DNA of 64,000 nucleotides from the IMG/VR virus record IMGVR_UViG_3300036790_000345. One strand, 5' to 3'. The position numbers and the translations under genes are program-made. The notes under the pieces are model-generated. The model was not told where the DNA came from, made no database searches, and saw only the letters and a program-made list of their open reading frames with translations. The DNA comes from an uncultured virus (IMG/VR IMGVR_UViG_3300036790_000345). Its lineage: Duplodnaviria > Heunggongvirae > Uroviricota > Caudoviricetes. Of this stretch, positions 30,103-40,490 are shown one piece after another; the first letter of the stretch is position 1, and each line of letters starts with the position of its first letter.

Positions 30103-30665
30103 GCCTCTCCGACCGTTCCCCGATGCGGGCCTGCGGTAAGCGCTACCCGACCGAACCGGACGCCCGGTGCTCCAAGCGCGGACTCCAGCCCGGTGCCGTC
30201 ATCGAGGAGTGCTGGGTCCCGGGATGCGGGGGATGGCACATCCGCAGCGAGAAGGCCGCGGCAAGGCATCCGCTGCCTGCCGGGAACGATACCGGCCCGG
30301 ACGCCGCGACCCGGCTAGCCGTCCACGAGAGGGACCACTGGGCGTGCGTCTGCTGCGGCCAGTCCGTCATTGGCCGCCCGCACTCGGCGGGCCACCGTAT
30401 GCGCCGCAGCCAGGGCGGCAGCAACTGCAAGGCCAACCTGGTGACGTTCCTCGGCTGGGGCAACGGCCGCACCGAGGACGACCACCACTGGCGGATCGAC
30501 AACCGGGACGACCCCGAAGACGAGGCGAAAGGCTACACGGTCCGCTCCTGGCAGGACCCGCATCTCGTCTCGGTGATGGTTTTCGGGCCGGGCGGCGGCG
30601 GTGCCGCGCTCTACCCGACCTGCGGCGGCCAGTGGAGCGACATGCCGGGGGAGCGTGCCGCATGA
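30099..30665 (+). CDS. HNH-like endonuclease
   Basis: VHERD..CVCCG..HRMRRSQGGSN..NLV..HH. Confidence 0.65.
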   Translation: MSLSDRSPMRACGKRYPTEPDARCSKRGLQPGAVIEECWVPGCGGWHIRSEKAAARHPLPAGNDTGPDAATRLAVHERDHWACVCCGQSVIGRPHSAGHRMRRSQGGSNCKANLVTFLGWGNGRTEDDHHWRIDNRDDPEDEAKGYTVRSWQDPHLVSVMVFGPGGGGAALYPTCGGQWSDMPGERAA

Positions 30666-32518
30666 CGTCGAACACGGCCGAGTACATGCGCAGGTACCGC
30701 GCTGACCATCCCGACTACGTAAAACGCGGCCGTGCGCAGCACAAGGCGCGGTCCCGCGCCCTGGAAATGCTCGCGCAGCGGCACCCGGATGAGTTCAACC
30801 AGCTCCGCGACGCCGAACTCAACCGCATCGAGGCCCTGGAAGCAGGTGCCGCGTGAACATTCTCTGGACCACCCTCACCTGGGCATGCCTCCTCGCCGGC
30901 GGCGTGCTGCTCACCGCCGGCGTCGCTGCGGCCGGGATCCTCCTCTGGTGGCAGGCCCGGGACGGGTGGAGCAACTTGCGGTCCCGGCTCAAGATCCGCC
31001 GGGTACCGGGCCTGCCGCAGGACGGCTGGCTGTCCTGGGAGGAACAGGAGTGGCTGAAGGTCATTGAGGCCGGCTACGGGGATGCGCCTAAGGCGCTGCT
31101 GAGGAGGCTCCGGTGAGCCGCCACGTGATCGAGCTGGCCGCCGCAGCCGTCTGCTACGGAGCGGTGCTCCTCATCGCTGCCGCTATAGCCCTGCGCGTCA
31201 CGAAGGACCGCAGGCGTCCCTCCTACCCGGAGGTAGCGGCCCGGTACGCAGCCGAGCGGAAAGCCGGGCGGGAGCGAGACGACCGCGAGCGCGACGACGC
31301 GGGCTGGCAGCGGCTATGGGACCTGATCGCGTCCGCGGACGAGCCCAGGCCAGAAGACGACCCCTGCGTTACCTACCCGGAAAACCCGCAGCAAGGAGAG
31401 ACGCCTTGATCACCATCTACGGAGCATCCGACGATCTCGTGGAGGTCGACGGGTGCGAGGGCGCGGACGAGTTCTACGTGGCCAGCGTCCCCGACGGGCA
31501 GGTCTGCTGGCACGGTGACCTCGTCGCGCCCGGCGGCACGGAGCAGCTGCGAGCCCGCGCGATCTACCACGAGGGCGTGTGGAGCATCGCCCTCGGCCAG
31601 GCCGACGAGGACGTGCCGTTCCCGTCCTGGGGCAACGGCACCGGGCAGGCGCCCGGCACGGACTACTCGGCCGCCGTCACCATCGACGCCCCAGAGGGCA
31701 CGCGGCTGACCAACGTCTGGCCCGCGCCATGACCGGCCTTGAGGGCGAGACCACCATAGTCGGCTCGTTCCTCCTCGCCGGCGAGATCATCTGGCTGGCC
31801 CGCGACTTCGTCCGCGAGGCCGTGCGGGAGCACTGGTTCAAGGGCTCGGTGAGCTTCGGCATCAACCCGCCCGAGGGCAGGTACCTGAAGCCGCCGCCGG
31901 GCACGGCGCAGCCCGCCGCCGAGGCGAAGCCAGCGCCGTGGGAGAAGCGCACCCGGGATCCGGTCACGGGCCAGTGGGTGGCTGAGTCCAAGTCGCTGCG
32001 AGAGGCCGGGACGGAGGCCGCATGATCGCCCGCCTGCTCCTCATCGCCATCCTGGTGATCTTGTCCGTCTGCCTGGTGACCGGGATCCGGGTCCTGGCTC
32101 ACGACGGGTGGCAGCGTCTCGCGTGGGCCGCCGTGCGGCTCTCACGGGCAGCACCAAGGGCAGCGGAGGCGATAGCGCGCGCAGGTGACCATGTGGCCGC
32201 GTGGCTGGCGCTGCGCTCGGCGAAAGACGCGCCGGCGGGAAGTCTCCGGGCGCCGCGCAGCCAGCCGCCGGCGGAGTTCGGCCCGGTGCCGCCGCCCGCC
32301 GAAGCCGACCCGTCAATGACCCCGCTGACGAGCGAGTTGCCCGCTGTGCGCGACACCGGGCGGGCCCGCAGGCTCCGCAAGCTCAGCACCGGGGCGTGGC
32401 AGCCTGCGGGCGCTGACGAGGCCGCCCCGCAGGACAAGCGCCCTTTCGCCCCAGCCATGGCGGTGGCAGCGGCGATGACAGCGGCGCCTGAAGACCATCA
32501 GCGAGAGGAAGTGCGGGG

Positions 32519-33499
32519 ATGAGCGACAACACGAAGATCAGCTGGACGGACGCGAGCTGGCCAGTCACGGCGGGCTGCGAGCATGTGAGCGACGGCTGCG
32601 AAATGTGTTACGCGGCAAAACTCACGTCCGGCCGGCTGAAGCATCTCCCCGCCTACCAGGGGCTCGCCGAGAACGGCCGGTTCAATGGCCAGATCCGCCT
32701 TCTTCCCGACCGGCTTAACTGGCCGCGCAAATGGCGCAAGCCCCGCAAGATATTCGTCGCCGACATGTCCGACCTGTTCTATGACCAGGTGCCTGACGGC
32801 TACATCGCGCAGGTGTGGGACGTGATGGGCCGGAATCAGCAGCACACGTTCCAGGTGCTGACCAAGCGGCATGCGCGGATGCGTTCCTGGATGCGCCGCT
32901 GGGCTGACAGAACCGGTGACCGGCAATCCGACGGGCCGTCCGGGATGCCGCCCCTGGCGCGCGGCCCTGAGGCCGTCCGCGCTGCCTATACCAGCGGCCG
33001 GGCTCGCCTGTTCGCCGACATGCTCGACAGCATGGGCGAGCCGCCCGGGGGCTGCGCCTACCCGCTGTACGACTGGATGGAGGGCTGGCGGTTCTGGCCG
33101 GCTGAGTTGTTCAACGTATGGCTGGGCGTCTCGGCTGAGAATCAGCAGTGGGCGGACATTCGCATCCCCGCGCTCCTGGATACCCCGGCCGCAGTCCGCT
33201 TTGTCAGCGCGGAACCATTGCTCGGTCCGATCAGGATGCGCGCCTCGCTCATGGTCGGCGCGGCATTTGAGCCAAGCCATGGCATCAACTGGGTCATTGT
33301 CGGCGGCGAGTCAGGCCCTGGTCACAGGCCCATGGAAATCGCCTGGCTGGAATCCATCGTCACGCAGTGCAAAGACGCTGGAGTTGCGGTCTGGGTAAAA
33401 CAGGACAGCGGGCTACGCGCCGGGCAGCAGGGACGTATTCCTGACGACCTGTGGATTCATGAGTTCCCTTCCGCCAACGCCCTGGCAGGTGCCCGGTGA
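32519..33499 (+). CDS. DUF5131 (phage Gp37/Gp68) family protein
   Basis: TKISWTDASW..GCEHVSDGCEMCYA..IFVADMSDLF..LTKR..VSAEPLLG..WVIVGGESG. Confidence 0.9.
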   Translation: MSDNTKISWTDASWPVTAGCEHVSDGCEMCYAAKLTSGRLKHLPAYQGLAENGRFNGQIRLLPDRLNWPRKWRKPRKIFVADMSDLFYDQVPDGYIAQVWDVMGRNQQHTFQVLTKRHARMRSWMRRWADRTGDRQSDGPSGMPPLARGPEAVRAAYTSGRARLFADMLDSMGEPPGGCAYPLYDWMEGWRFWPAELFNVWLGVSAENQQWADIRIPALLDTPAAVRFVSAEPLLGPIRMRASLMVGAAFEPSHGINWVIVGGESGPGHRPMEIAWLESIVTQCKDAGVAVWVKQDSGLRAGQQGRIPDDLWIHEFPSANALAGAR

Positions 33500-34331
33500 G
33501 CCCCGGCGAGCTGGCCCGCCGGGCCGGGGTAGCGATACGCCTCGCCTTCAACGACGAGGAGCGCGGCCACGACTCGCTGGAGCGCTACCTCGCCGAGATG
33601 GACGACGCGGACCTCGAAGCGCTCCGGGGTGCCACCGAGCACCTGGGCGACGCGATCGGCGACGTGCTCGGCCGGAGGCACCCGTGACCGCCCAGGCCGC
33701 CATCCCTCTCGCTGCCGCTCTTACCCCGCAGCAGCGGGACACCCTCGCGCAGGCCCTCGGCGACGCCCTGTCCTGGCGCCAGCCCGACACCTGCCGCGAC
33801 TGCACTAGCGGACTGCTGTGCGACGACCACCGCCGCGATGTGCAGCTGCGGGCCCGGTACCGCGTCCTCGCCGACGAGCTCGGCCTTATCCCGGAGACCG
33901 ACTGATGAAGCTGAGCGACTTCTCCCGCTACCGGGTCCTTCCCCTCCCGGACGGCCTGGAGGTGACCTGCACCCGCTGTGACACCCCGCAGGTGTTCCGG
34001 GCACGGGAGTTCCCCGCTGACCCGGACATCGCGGCCACGGACCTCATCGCGTGGATGCAGCGTCACCGCTGCCCGGCCGCGGGTGTTCCCGGCCTGCGGC
34101 GCTCCCGCGAGCTGGTGGCGGTCTGATGGCCCGCGCCGAACGCGACCCGGATGACGTGCGCGAGCAGCGGCGCCGCATCTGCCAGGTTCCCTGCCGCCAT
34201 TGCGGCGCCCCTGAGGGCAGGCCGTGCCGGACGCCGGGCGGCAGCGACGCGAACGGCCCGCATGGTGCCCGCCGGGCCGATGCCGCCGCAGCGGGCGCGT
34301 GGGTGCCCGGCGGCTCCCCGGGGCGTCCGTC

Positions 34332-34922
34332 ATGACCCGTCGTCCCGCCAGAGCCCCGGCAGCCGGCCCGGCCCCCGCGGGTCCTGCCGGCCAGCCCTGC
34401 GTCCCGGTAACCCCCGTGCCGGGCCAGGGCGACCGTTTCCCGCCGGCCCAGACCACGGCGGGAAGCACCCCTGCTACGGCAGTTCCCCCTCTCCCTGGGA
34501 CTGCCGTAGCAGGGCCTGGAACTCCGGGGGGGGCATCCGCTGAGGGAAGGGAAATCCCGCCGCGAGCCGCCCCTGGTACCAGCCCGGTCGCTGCGGCGAT
34601 GAGCGAGAACGAGCTGGAGCAGCACATCCGCCGCATCCTCGCCGATCTTCCCTCGGTGCTGGCCTACCACACCCACGACTCCCGCCACTCGCCGAGCGGC
34701 TTCCCCGACTGGACGTTCTGCGGCCCGGGCGGGGTGCTGTTCCGCGAGCTGAAGCGGCAGATCAAGAGCCCCGCGCCGTCGCAGGCTGCGTGGTTGTCGG
34801 CGTTGCGGCTGGCCCGCCAGGACGCCGCGGTGTGGCGGCCGTCGGACTTGCTAGCCGGGCGCATCGGGCACGAGCTTGCGGCGCTGGCCGGCGCGACTGC
34901 CACGGGGGGTGAGCGCGGGTGA
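34332..34922 (+). CDS. VRR-NUC-like nuclease
   Basis: YHTHDSRHSPSGFPDW..FRELK..Q..WL..VWRPSD; true start may be 34599. Confidence 0.75.
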   Translation: MTRRPARAPAAGPAPAGPAGQPCVPVTPVPGQGDRFPPAQTTAGSTPATAVPPLPGTAVAGPGTPGGASAEGREIPPRAAPGTSPVAAAMSENELEQHIRRILADLPSVLAYHTHDSRHSPSGFPDWTFCGPGGVLFRELKRQIKSPAPSQAAWLSALRLARQDAAVWRPSDLLAGRIGHELAALAGATATGGERG

Positions 34923-36217
34923 GCGCCTACGCCGACTTCCTCGCCGGCAAGCAGCGGCGGGTAGAGCCGCTTGGCCGGCCCTGCGACGAGTCCGACATCG
35001 ACCCGCGCCTGCACCCGTGGCAGCGGCAGATCGTGGCATGGGCGGTCCAGCTCGGCCGCGCCGACCTATGGGAGGACACGGGCACCGGGAAGACCTGGCA
35101 GCAGATTCAGTGGGCACGCCTGTCCGGTGACCGCTCCCTGATCGCCGCGCCGCTAGCCGTCTGCCATCAGACCGTGCGCGAGGCAGCGAAGCTTGACCTT
35201 GAAGTCCGCTACGCCCGCAGCGACGACGAGGCGGCCGGGCCGGGGATCTGGGTCACCAACTACCAGCGGGTGCACCGGTTCGACCCGGCCGCCCTCGACG
35301 CGTTCGTCCTCGACGAGGCGTCGATCCTCAAGCAGTCGGACGGGAAGACGCGCACCGCGCTGATCCGCCACTGCCGCGACATCAAGCGGAAGATCGGGTG
35401 CTCGGCGACGCCGGCGCCGAACGACCCGGAGGAACTGACCAGCCAGGCCGAGTGGCTCGGCGTCATGCCCCGCGCGGAGATGCTGGCCGCCTACTTCGTC
35501 CACGACGACACCGGGTGGCGGGTCAAGGGCCACGCCCGGCGGCCCATGTTCGCGTGGATGTCCCGGTGGGCGGTCGCGCTGCGGCGGCCGTCCGACATCG
35601 GCGGGGACGACTCGGGCTACATCCTGCCGGGCCACCGCATCCTGACTCACCTGCTGCCGGTCGACATCGTGCCGGACGGCCAGTTGTTCGCCACCGACCT
35701 GGGCGGCGTCGGCGGCCGGGCGCGGATTCGCAAGGCCACCACCGAGGCGCGCTGCGAGGAGACCGCGCGCTTGGTCATGGCCGAGCCGGGCGAGCCTTGG
35801 ATCATCTGGTGCGGCCTCAATTCCGAGGCTGGATTGCTGGCCCGGCTCATCCCCGGGGCCGTGAACGTGCACGGGTCAATGAGTCCCGAGGAAAAGGCCG
35901 AGGCACTTCTCGGATTCGCTGACCGGCAGTACCGGGTGATCATCACGAAAACGTCTATCGCGTCGTTCGGGATGAACTGGCAGCACTGCGCGCGGATGGC
36001 CTTCTGCGGCCTTTCGGATTCCTTCGAGGCCGTGTACCAGGCCATCCGCCGCTGCGACCGCTACGGCCAGTCCCGCCTCGTTGACGTGCATGTCGTCCTG
36101 TCCGAGCTGGAAGGCCAGATCGCCGAGAACGTGACCCGCAAGGAACGGCAGGCCGCGCAGATGACCGATGAGCTGATCCGCGAGATGCGGGCAGCGGGGG
36201 AGCTGATGGCCGCGTGA
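34919..36217 (+). CDS. SF2 (SNF2-like) helicase
   Basis: DTGTGKT, LDEASILK, SATPAPND, GMNWQHC, QAIRRCDRYGQ. Confidence 0.9.
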   Translation: MSAYADFLAGKQRRVEPLGRPCDESDIDPRLHPWQRQIVAWAVQLGRADLWEDTGTGKTWQQIQWARLSGDRSLIAAPLAVCHQTVREAAKLDLEVRYARSDDEAAGPGIWVTNYQRVHRFDPAALDAFVLDEASILKQSDGKTRTALIRHCRDIKRKIGCSATPAPNDPEELTSQAEWLGVMPRAEMLAAYFVHDDTGWRVKGHARRPMFAWMSRWAVALRRPSDIGGDDSGYILPGHRILTHLLPVDIVPDGQLFATDLGGVGGRARIRKATTEARCEETARLVMAEPGEPWIIWCGLNSEAGLLARLIPGAVNVHGSMSPEEKAEALLGFADRQYRVIITKTSIASFGMNWQHCARMAFCGLSDSFEAVYQAIRRCDRYGQSRLVDVHVVLSELEGQIAENVTRKERQAAQMTDELIREMRAAGELMAA

Positions 36218-37179
36218 CCGCCGACGCTTACATGACTGCAGATGCCAGCGGGAATGACTGGACGCTGCTTCTCGGTGATTCCTGCGAACGGCTCGCCGAG
36301 CTGGCTGCCGATTCCGTGGACCTGTCGGTTTGCAGCCCGCCGTTCGCCTCGCTGTACACCTACTCGCCATCGGTGCGGGATCTGGGCAACTGTGCCAGCC
36401 GGGCCGAGTTCTTCGAGCACTACAAGTTCATCATCCGCGAGCAGCTCCGGGTGACGAAACCGGGCCGCAACGCGTGCATCCACGTCCAGCAGGTGGCCAC
36501 GAAAAAGGCGGTCGACGGGTTCATAGGCCTGACCGACTTCCGCGGCGAGGTCATCCGCGCCTTCCAGGATGCCGGGTGGATCTTCTACGGCGAGGTCGTG
36601 GTGTGGAAGAACCCGCAGGCGCAGAGCATCCGCACCAAGGCCCACGCGCTGACCTTCCAGTCCAAGAACCGGGATTCGGCGGCCAGCCGGCCCGCCCTCG
36701 CCGACTACCTGCTGATCTTCAAGAAGCCCGGTGACAACGCCGTGCCGATCCCGCACGAGGCCACGGTGGGCGAGGTCACCAACGATGACTGGATCGAGTG
36801 GGCGTCGCCCATCTGGTACGACCAGGCCGATGGCGGCGGCGTCGGCGGAGAACACCTGTCGCCGGCCTGGACCACGATCCGGGAGACGAACACGCTCAAC
36901 GAACGGGCAGCCCGCGAGAGCGACGATGAGCGCCACCTGGCCCCCTTGCAGCTGGACTTCATAGAGCGCTGCGTGCGGCTGTGGTCCAACCCCGGCGAGC
37001 ACGTGCTGTCCCCGTTCGCCGGCATCGGGTCCGAGGGCTTCGTCTCGGTGAAGCTCGGCCGGGCCTTCACCGGGATCGAGCTCAAGAGGAGCTACTGGGA
37101 GACCGCAGTCAGGAACCTGCGGGACGCCGAAGCGCAGCGCGACGCCCCGACCCTCTTCGCCGCCGGGGTGTCCTCATGA
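36214..37179 (+). CDS. N4/N6 DNA methyltransferase (beta class)
   Basis: SPPF catalytic motif, then VLSPFAGIGSEG and GIELK. Confidence 0.9.
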   Translation: MTADAYMTADASGNDWTLLLGDSCERLAELAADSVDLSVCSPPFASLYTYSPSVRDLGNCASRAEFFEHYKFIIREQLRVTKPGRNACIHVQQVATKKAVDGFIGLTDFRGEVIRAFQDAGWIFYGEVVVWKNPQAQSIRTKAHALTFQSKNRDSAASRPALADYLLIFKKPGDNAVPIPHEATVGEVTNDDWIEWASPIWYDQADGGGVGGEHLSPAWTTIRETNTLNERAARESDDERHLAPLQLDFIERCVRLWSNPGEHVLSPFAGIGSEGFVSVKLGRAFTGIELKRSYWETAVRNLRDAEAQRDAPTLFAAGVSS

Positions 37180-37272
37180 TCCCCCCGTCATTCCCTCTGC
37201 GTAGTCAGCGACGAGGAGAGGGGGCGGGGCGGGGCGGGTCAGGAGTTGTCCGGGGCGGCACCGGGGCGAGAG

Positions 37273-37512
37273 TCAGGCGGTCAGGGACTCGTCATCGTGC
37301 TCGCGAGCCCACTTGCGGTACGCAGCCTCGTAGTCACGGATCTGCTGCACTCCCAGGCCCATCTTCGCGGCAATGGTCGTCTGCGACTCGCCGCCATTCT
37401 GGCGCGCCTCGATCATCGACAAGCCGAGGACTGCCCGCGCCCGGTCGACCATGGCCTTCGCCTCGGCCCGGGTGCTATCGAACGCCTGCCGCGCTTCCAC
37501 TACCCGTGTCAT
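37273..37512 (-). CDS. Small HTH-like protein divergent from the replication genes
   Basis: SQTTIAAKMGLGVQQIRDYE; GGAGG RBS. Confidence 0.6.
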   Translation of the reverse strand: MTRVVEARQAFDSTRAEAKAMVDRARAVLGLSMIEARQNGGESQTTIAAKMGLGVQQIRDYEAAYRKWAREHDDESLTA

Positions 37513-37706
37513 GGCGTCGTCCACACCTCCACTATGCCACGTCACCTGTGGTGCTTCACGGTACCGGCCGCCAGCGGCGGCATAGACCGTGGCGGCGGAA
37601 CCTGTATGAGCATAACCCATAACCTGCTATGGTGAGTAGCACCAAAGGTATACAGCAGTAGGGTAGTGAATGTTGGGTCGGCAGGGACACCGGACAGTGG
37701 GGATCA

Positions 37707-38573
37707 GTGGCGAACCTCAAAGCACGCCGCGAGGAGATGCTCCGCGCAGCGCTCGCCTACGCCGGGCGCGGGTGGCACACATTCGTCCTGTCGCCGGGGA
37801 AAACACCGGTCGCCAACTGCGAGCCGTGCAAGAGCGAGCACATCTGGCCGCAGCAGATGGAAGCATGCGAGTGCCTGTGCTGCCACGGCTTCTACGCGGC
37901 GACGCTGGACGGCGGCCGCATCGCGGAAATGCTGAGGCTTCACCCGCGCGGGCTGCTGGCCGTCCGGACCGGCGCCCCGTCAGGCATCGCCGTGACCGAC
38001 GTCGACCTGCACGGCCTCCCCGCGATGCGGGATCTGCAGTCGCGCGGCCTTCTGCCGAGGACCGTGGCCGCGGCGACCGGCGGCGGCGGCTATCACCTGG
38101 TCTACCGGCATCCGGGCGTCAAGATCCGGTCAGGTGCCGGGAAGTACGCGCCCGGCATCGACTCGAAAGCGGACGGCGGCTACATCGTGGCCGCGCCCTC
38201 CGTCCATCCCCGGACGCGGCAGCCCTACCGGTGGCTGACTTCGTTCACCGCCGAGCCTGCCCCGCTGCCGGACCACTGGACGCAGCACCTCCGCGAACAT
38301 CCTCCGCCGCCACCCGGGACCACCGTCGTGCGCGGCACTCTTTACGGGCGCATGCACGGGCTGGTGCAGCATGTCCTCGGCGGCGGCGACGGGGACCGGA
38401 ACGGGCGCCTGTACTGGGCGTCCTGCCGGGCGGCGGAGATGGTGGCCGCCGGCGAGATCGAGCGGGCCGCCGCGGAGCGGCTGCTGATCGACGCCGCCCT
38501 CGAATCGGGGCTGCGCGGCGGCGAGCCGGAGGCCCGGCGCACTGTCCTGAGCGCCATGAGGCAGGCCGGATGA
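37707..38573 (+). CDS. Bifunctional DNA primase/polymerase (Prim-Pol)
   Basis: ALAYAGRGWHTFVL..K.P..HGFYAAT..DVD..TGGGGYHL..IDSKADGGYIVAAPS. Confidence 0.9.
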   Translation: MANLKARREEMLRAALAYAGRGWHTFVLSPGKTPVANCEPCKSEHIWPQQMEACECLCCHGFYAATLDGGRIAEMLRLHPRGLLAVRTGAPSGIAVTDVDLHGLPAMRDLQSRGLLPRTVAAATGGGGYHLVYRHPGVKIRSGAGKYAPGIDSKADGGYIVAAPSVHPRTRQPYRWLTSFTAEPAPLPDHWTQHLREHPPPPPGTTVVRGTLYGRMHGLVQHVLGGGDGDRNGRLYWASCRAAEMVAAGEIERAAAERLLIDAALESGLRGGEPEARRTVLSAMRQAG

Positions 38574-39991
38574 GCGCCGATGAGATCCTCGCGCGCCAGG
38601 GAATCCGCCCCGGCGCGGCCGGGCGGATACGGCTCCCGCCGCCGGGCTCAGCCTCCGAGGACCCGCTGCCGGACGAGCCGTGGACCGAGCTGGGCTACGC
38701 GCACCGGCTCGCCGAGGTCTACCGCGGGCAGCTGCGGTACGTCCACACGTGGAAGCGGTGGCTCGTGTGGGACGGCAGGCGGTGGGCTCACGACCTGACC
38801 GGCCAGGTGCAGCGGTGGGCGAAGCTGACCGCCCGCGCGATGACAGACGTCGTGCTGGCCAGCGACGACCCGGCGTTCATCCGCGACTACTACCCGGTGG
38901 CCCGCAAGGGCGAGACGTCGGCCTGCGTCACCAGCGTCCTCAACCTCGCCAGCAGCGCGGAGGGGGTCGCGACCGCCCACGGTGACCTTGACGCCGACCC
39001 GTTCCTGCTGAACTGCGCCAACGGCACGCTGGACCTGCGGACGGGGGGCCTGCGGGCGCATAACCCGGCGGACCTGCTCACCAAGATGACGGGCGCGGCC
39101 TATGACCCGGACGCGCCGTGCCCGGTGTTCACCGGGTTCCTCGAAGACGTCCAGCCCGACGCCGGGATGCGCGCATTCCTGGCCCGGCTGCTCGGGCACG
39201 CACTGGAGGGCCGCGTGATCGAGCACATCCTGCCGATCTTCTACGGCGAGGGCGCGAACGGCAAGAGCACGCTCGTCACGGCCATAGTCGCGGCGCTCGG
39301 TGACTACGGCGGCCCGGCCGACCCGGAACTGCTCACCGCCCGGTCCTTCGATGCCCACCCGACCGGCACGGCCGACCTGTGCGGGCTGCGGCTCGCGCGG
39401 ATCGACGAGACCAACCAGGGGCGCCGGCTCGGCGAGGGCACCGTCAAGCGGCTGACCGGCGGGGACCGGATCAAGGCCCGCCGGATGCGAGAGGACTTCT
39501 GGTCCTTCGACCCCTCGCACACGTTCCTGATGCTCACCAACCACAAGCCCGCCATCACCGGCACCGACGAGGGTATCTGGCGCCGCGTCAGGCTCGTGCC
39601 ATGGGGCGTGGTCATCCCCGACGAGAAGCGCGACGGGGAACTCGGCGCCCGGCTCGCGCTGGAGCTTGACGCCATCCTCGCGTGGCTGGTCGCAGGTCAC
39701 GCCGACTGGAAGGCGAACGGGCTGGGTGAGCCCGAGGCCGTCGCCGAGGCGACAGCGGCCTACCGGACCGAATCCGACGCGATCGCCCGGTTCCTCGACG
39801 AGAAGTGCATGAACCACGGGCAGGTCAGATCGTCCGACCTGTTCGCGGTGTGGCAGAAGTGGTGCGCCGCTGAGAGCGAGGAGCCGGGCTCGCAGACAGC
39901 TTTCTCGAACGAGCTTACGAATCGTGGCTACGACAAGGTGCGCCAGAACTCTGGCTGGTTCTGGCAGAGCCTCGGCCTAGGTGAGGAGTGA
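38570..39991 (+). CDS. P4/D5-family phage/plasmid primase-helicase (SF3)
   Basis: LNCANGTLDLRTG, GEGANGKST, KRLTGGDRIKARRM, TNHKP, IWRR. Confidence 0.9.
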   Translation: MSADEILARQGIRPGAAGRIRLPPPGSASEDPLPDEPWTELGYAHRLAEVYRGQLRYVHTWKRWLVWDGRRWAHDLTGQVQRWAKLTARAMTDVVLASDDPAFIRDYYPVARKGETSACVTSVLNLASSAEGVATAHGDLDADPFLLNCANGTLDLRTGGLRAHNPADLLTKMTGAAYDPDAPCPVFTGFLEDVQPDAGMRAFLARLLGHALEGRVIEHILPIFYGEGANGKSTLVTAIVAALGDYGGPADPELLTARSFDAHPTGTADLCGLRLARIDETNQGRRLGEGTVKRLTGGDRIKARRMREDFWSFDPSHTFLMLTNHKPAITGTDEGIWRRVRLVPWGVVIPDEKRDGELGARLALELDAILAWLVAGHADWKANGLGEPEAVAEATAAYRTESDAIARFLDEKCMNHGQVRSSDLFAVWQKWCAAESEEPGSQTAFSNELTNRGYDKVRQNSGWFWQSLGLGEE

Positions 39992-40161
39992 AGGGTTGTG
40001 CAGACTTCCGAGGTTAACGCCCCGCGTGCGCGAGGGAATGGCGCAGACCATGCACGGCCCTGCACGGATGCGTACCCCCGTGCAGGGGTGCAGGGTTTGA
40101 ACACTTATCCCGCGTGCACACGCGCCCCCGGAGCGCAAACCTCCGGAGGCTGCACAACCCT
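39992..40161. repeat. Nested inverted repeats with TGCAC/GTGCA iterons, candidate replication origin
   Basis: AGGGTTGTGCAGACTTCCGAGGTT vs AACCTCCGGAGGCTGCACAACCCT; inner CCCTGCACGG / CCGTGCAGGG. Confidence 0.5.
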
Positions 40162-40490
40162 ACACGGGCATTCCCTGGCGGGGGTGGCGCGGTGAAGCGG
40201 GCACCGCGGACGGCGTGGCCAGCCGGGCGCAGGGCCGCGCTGTCAGACCCGCCCGGCGCGGGCACGAGCGCGACCGTTGTCCGCGAGGCCATCGCCGAGG
40301 TTTTCCACCTCGCCGCCTCGGTCCGGATCCGGATCGGCTACATCATCTGCGAGAAGGGCGAGCCCCTGTGCGGCGTGCTGGCCGCACTCCAGCCCTGCCT
40401 CGGCGAGTTGTTCCCGCCATCGGTGACGTGCTGGATGTGCGCTTGCATCGCCAAGCGCGACGGCATCGCGGTCGCCGGGAGTGATGCAGC

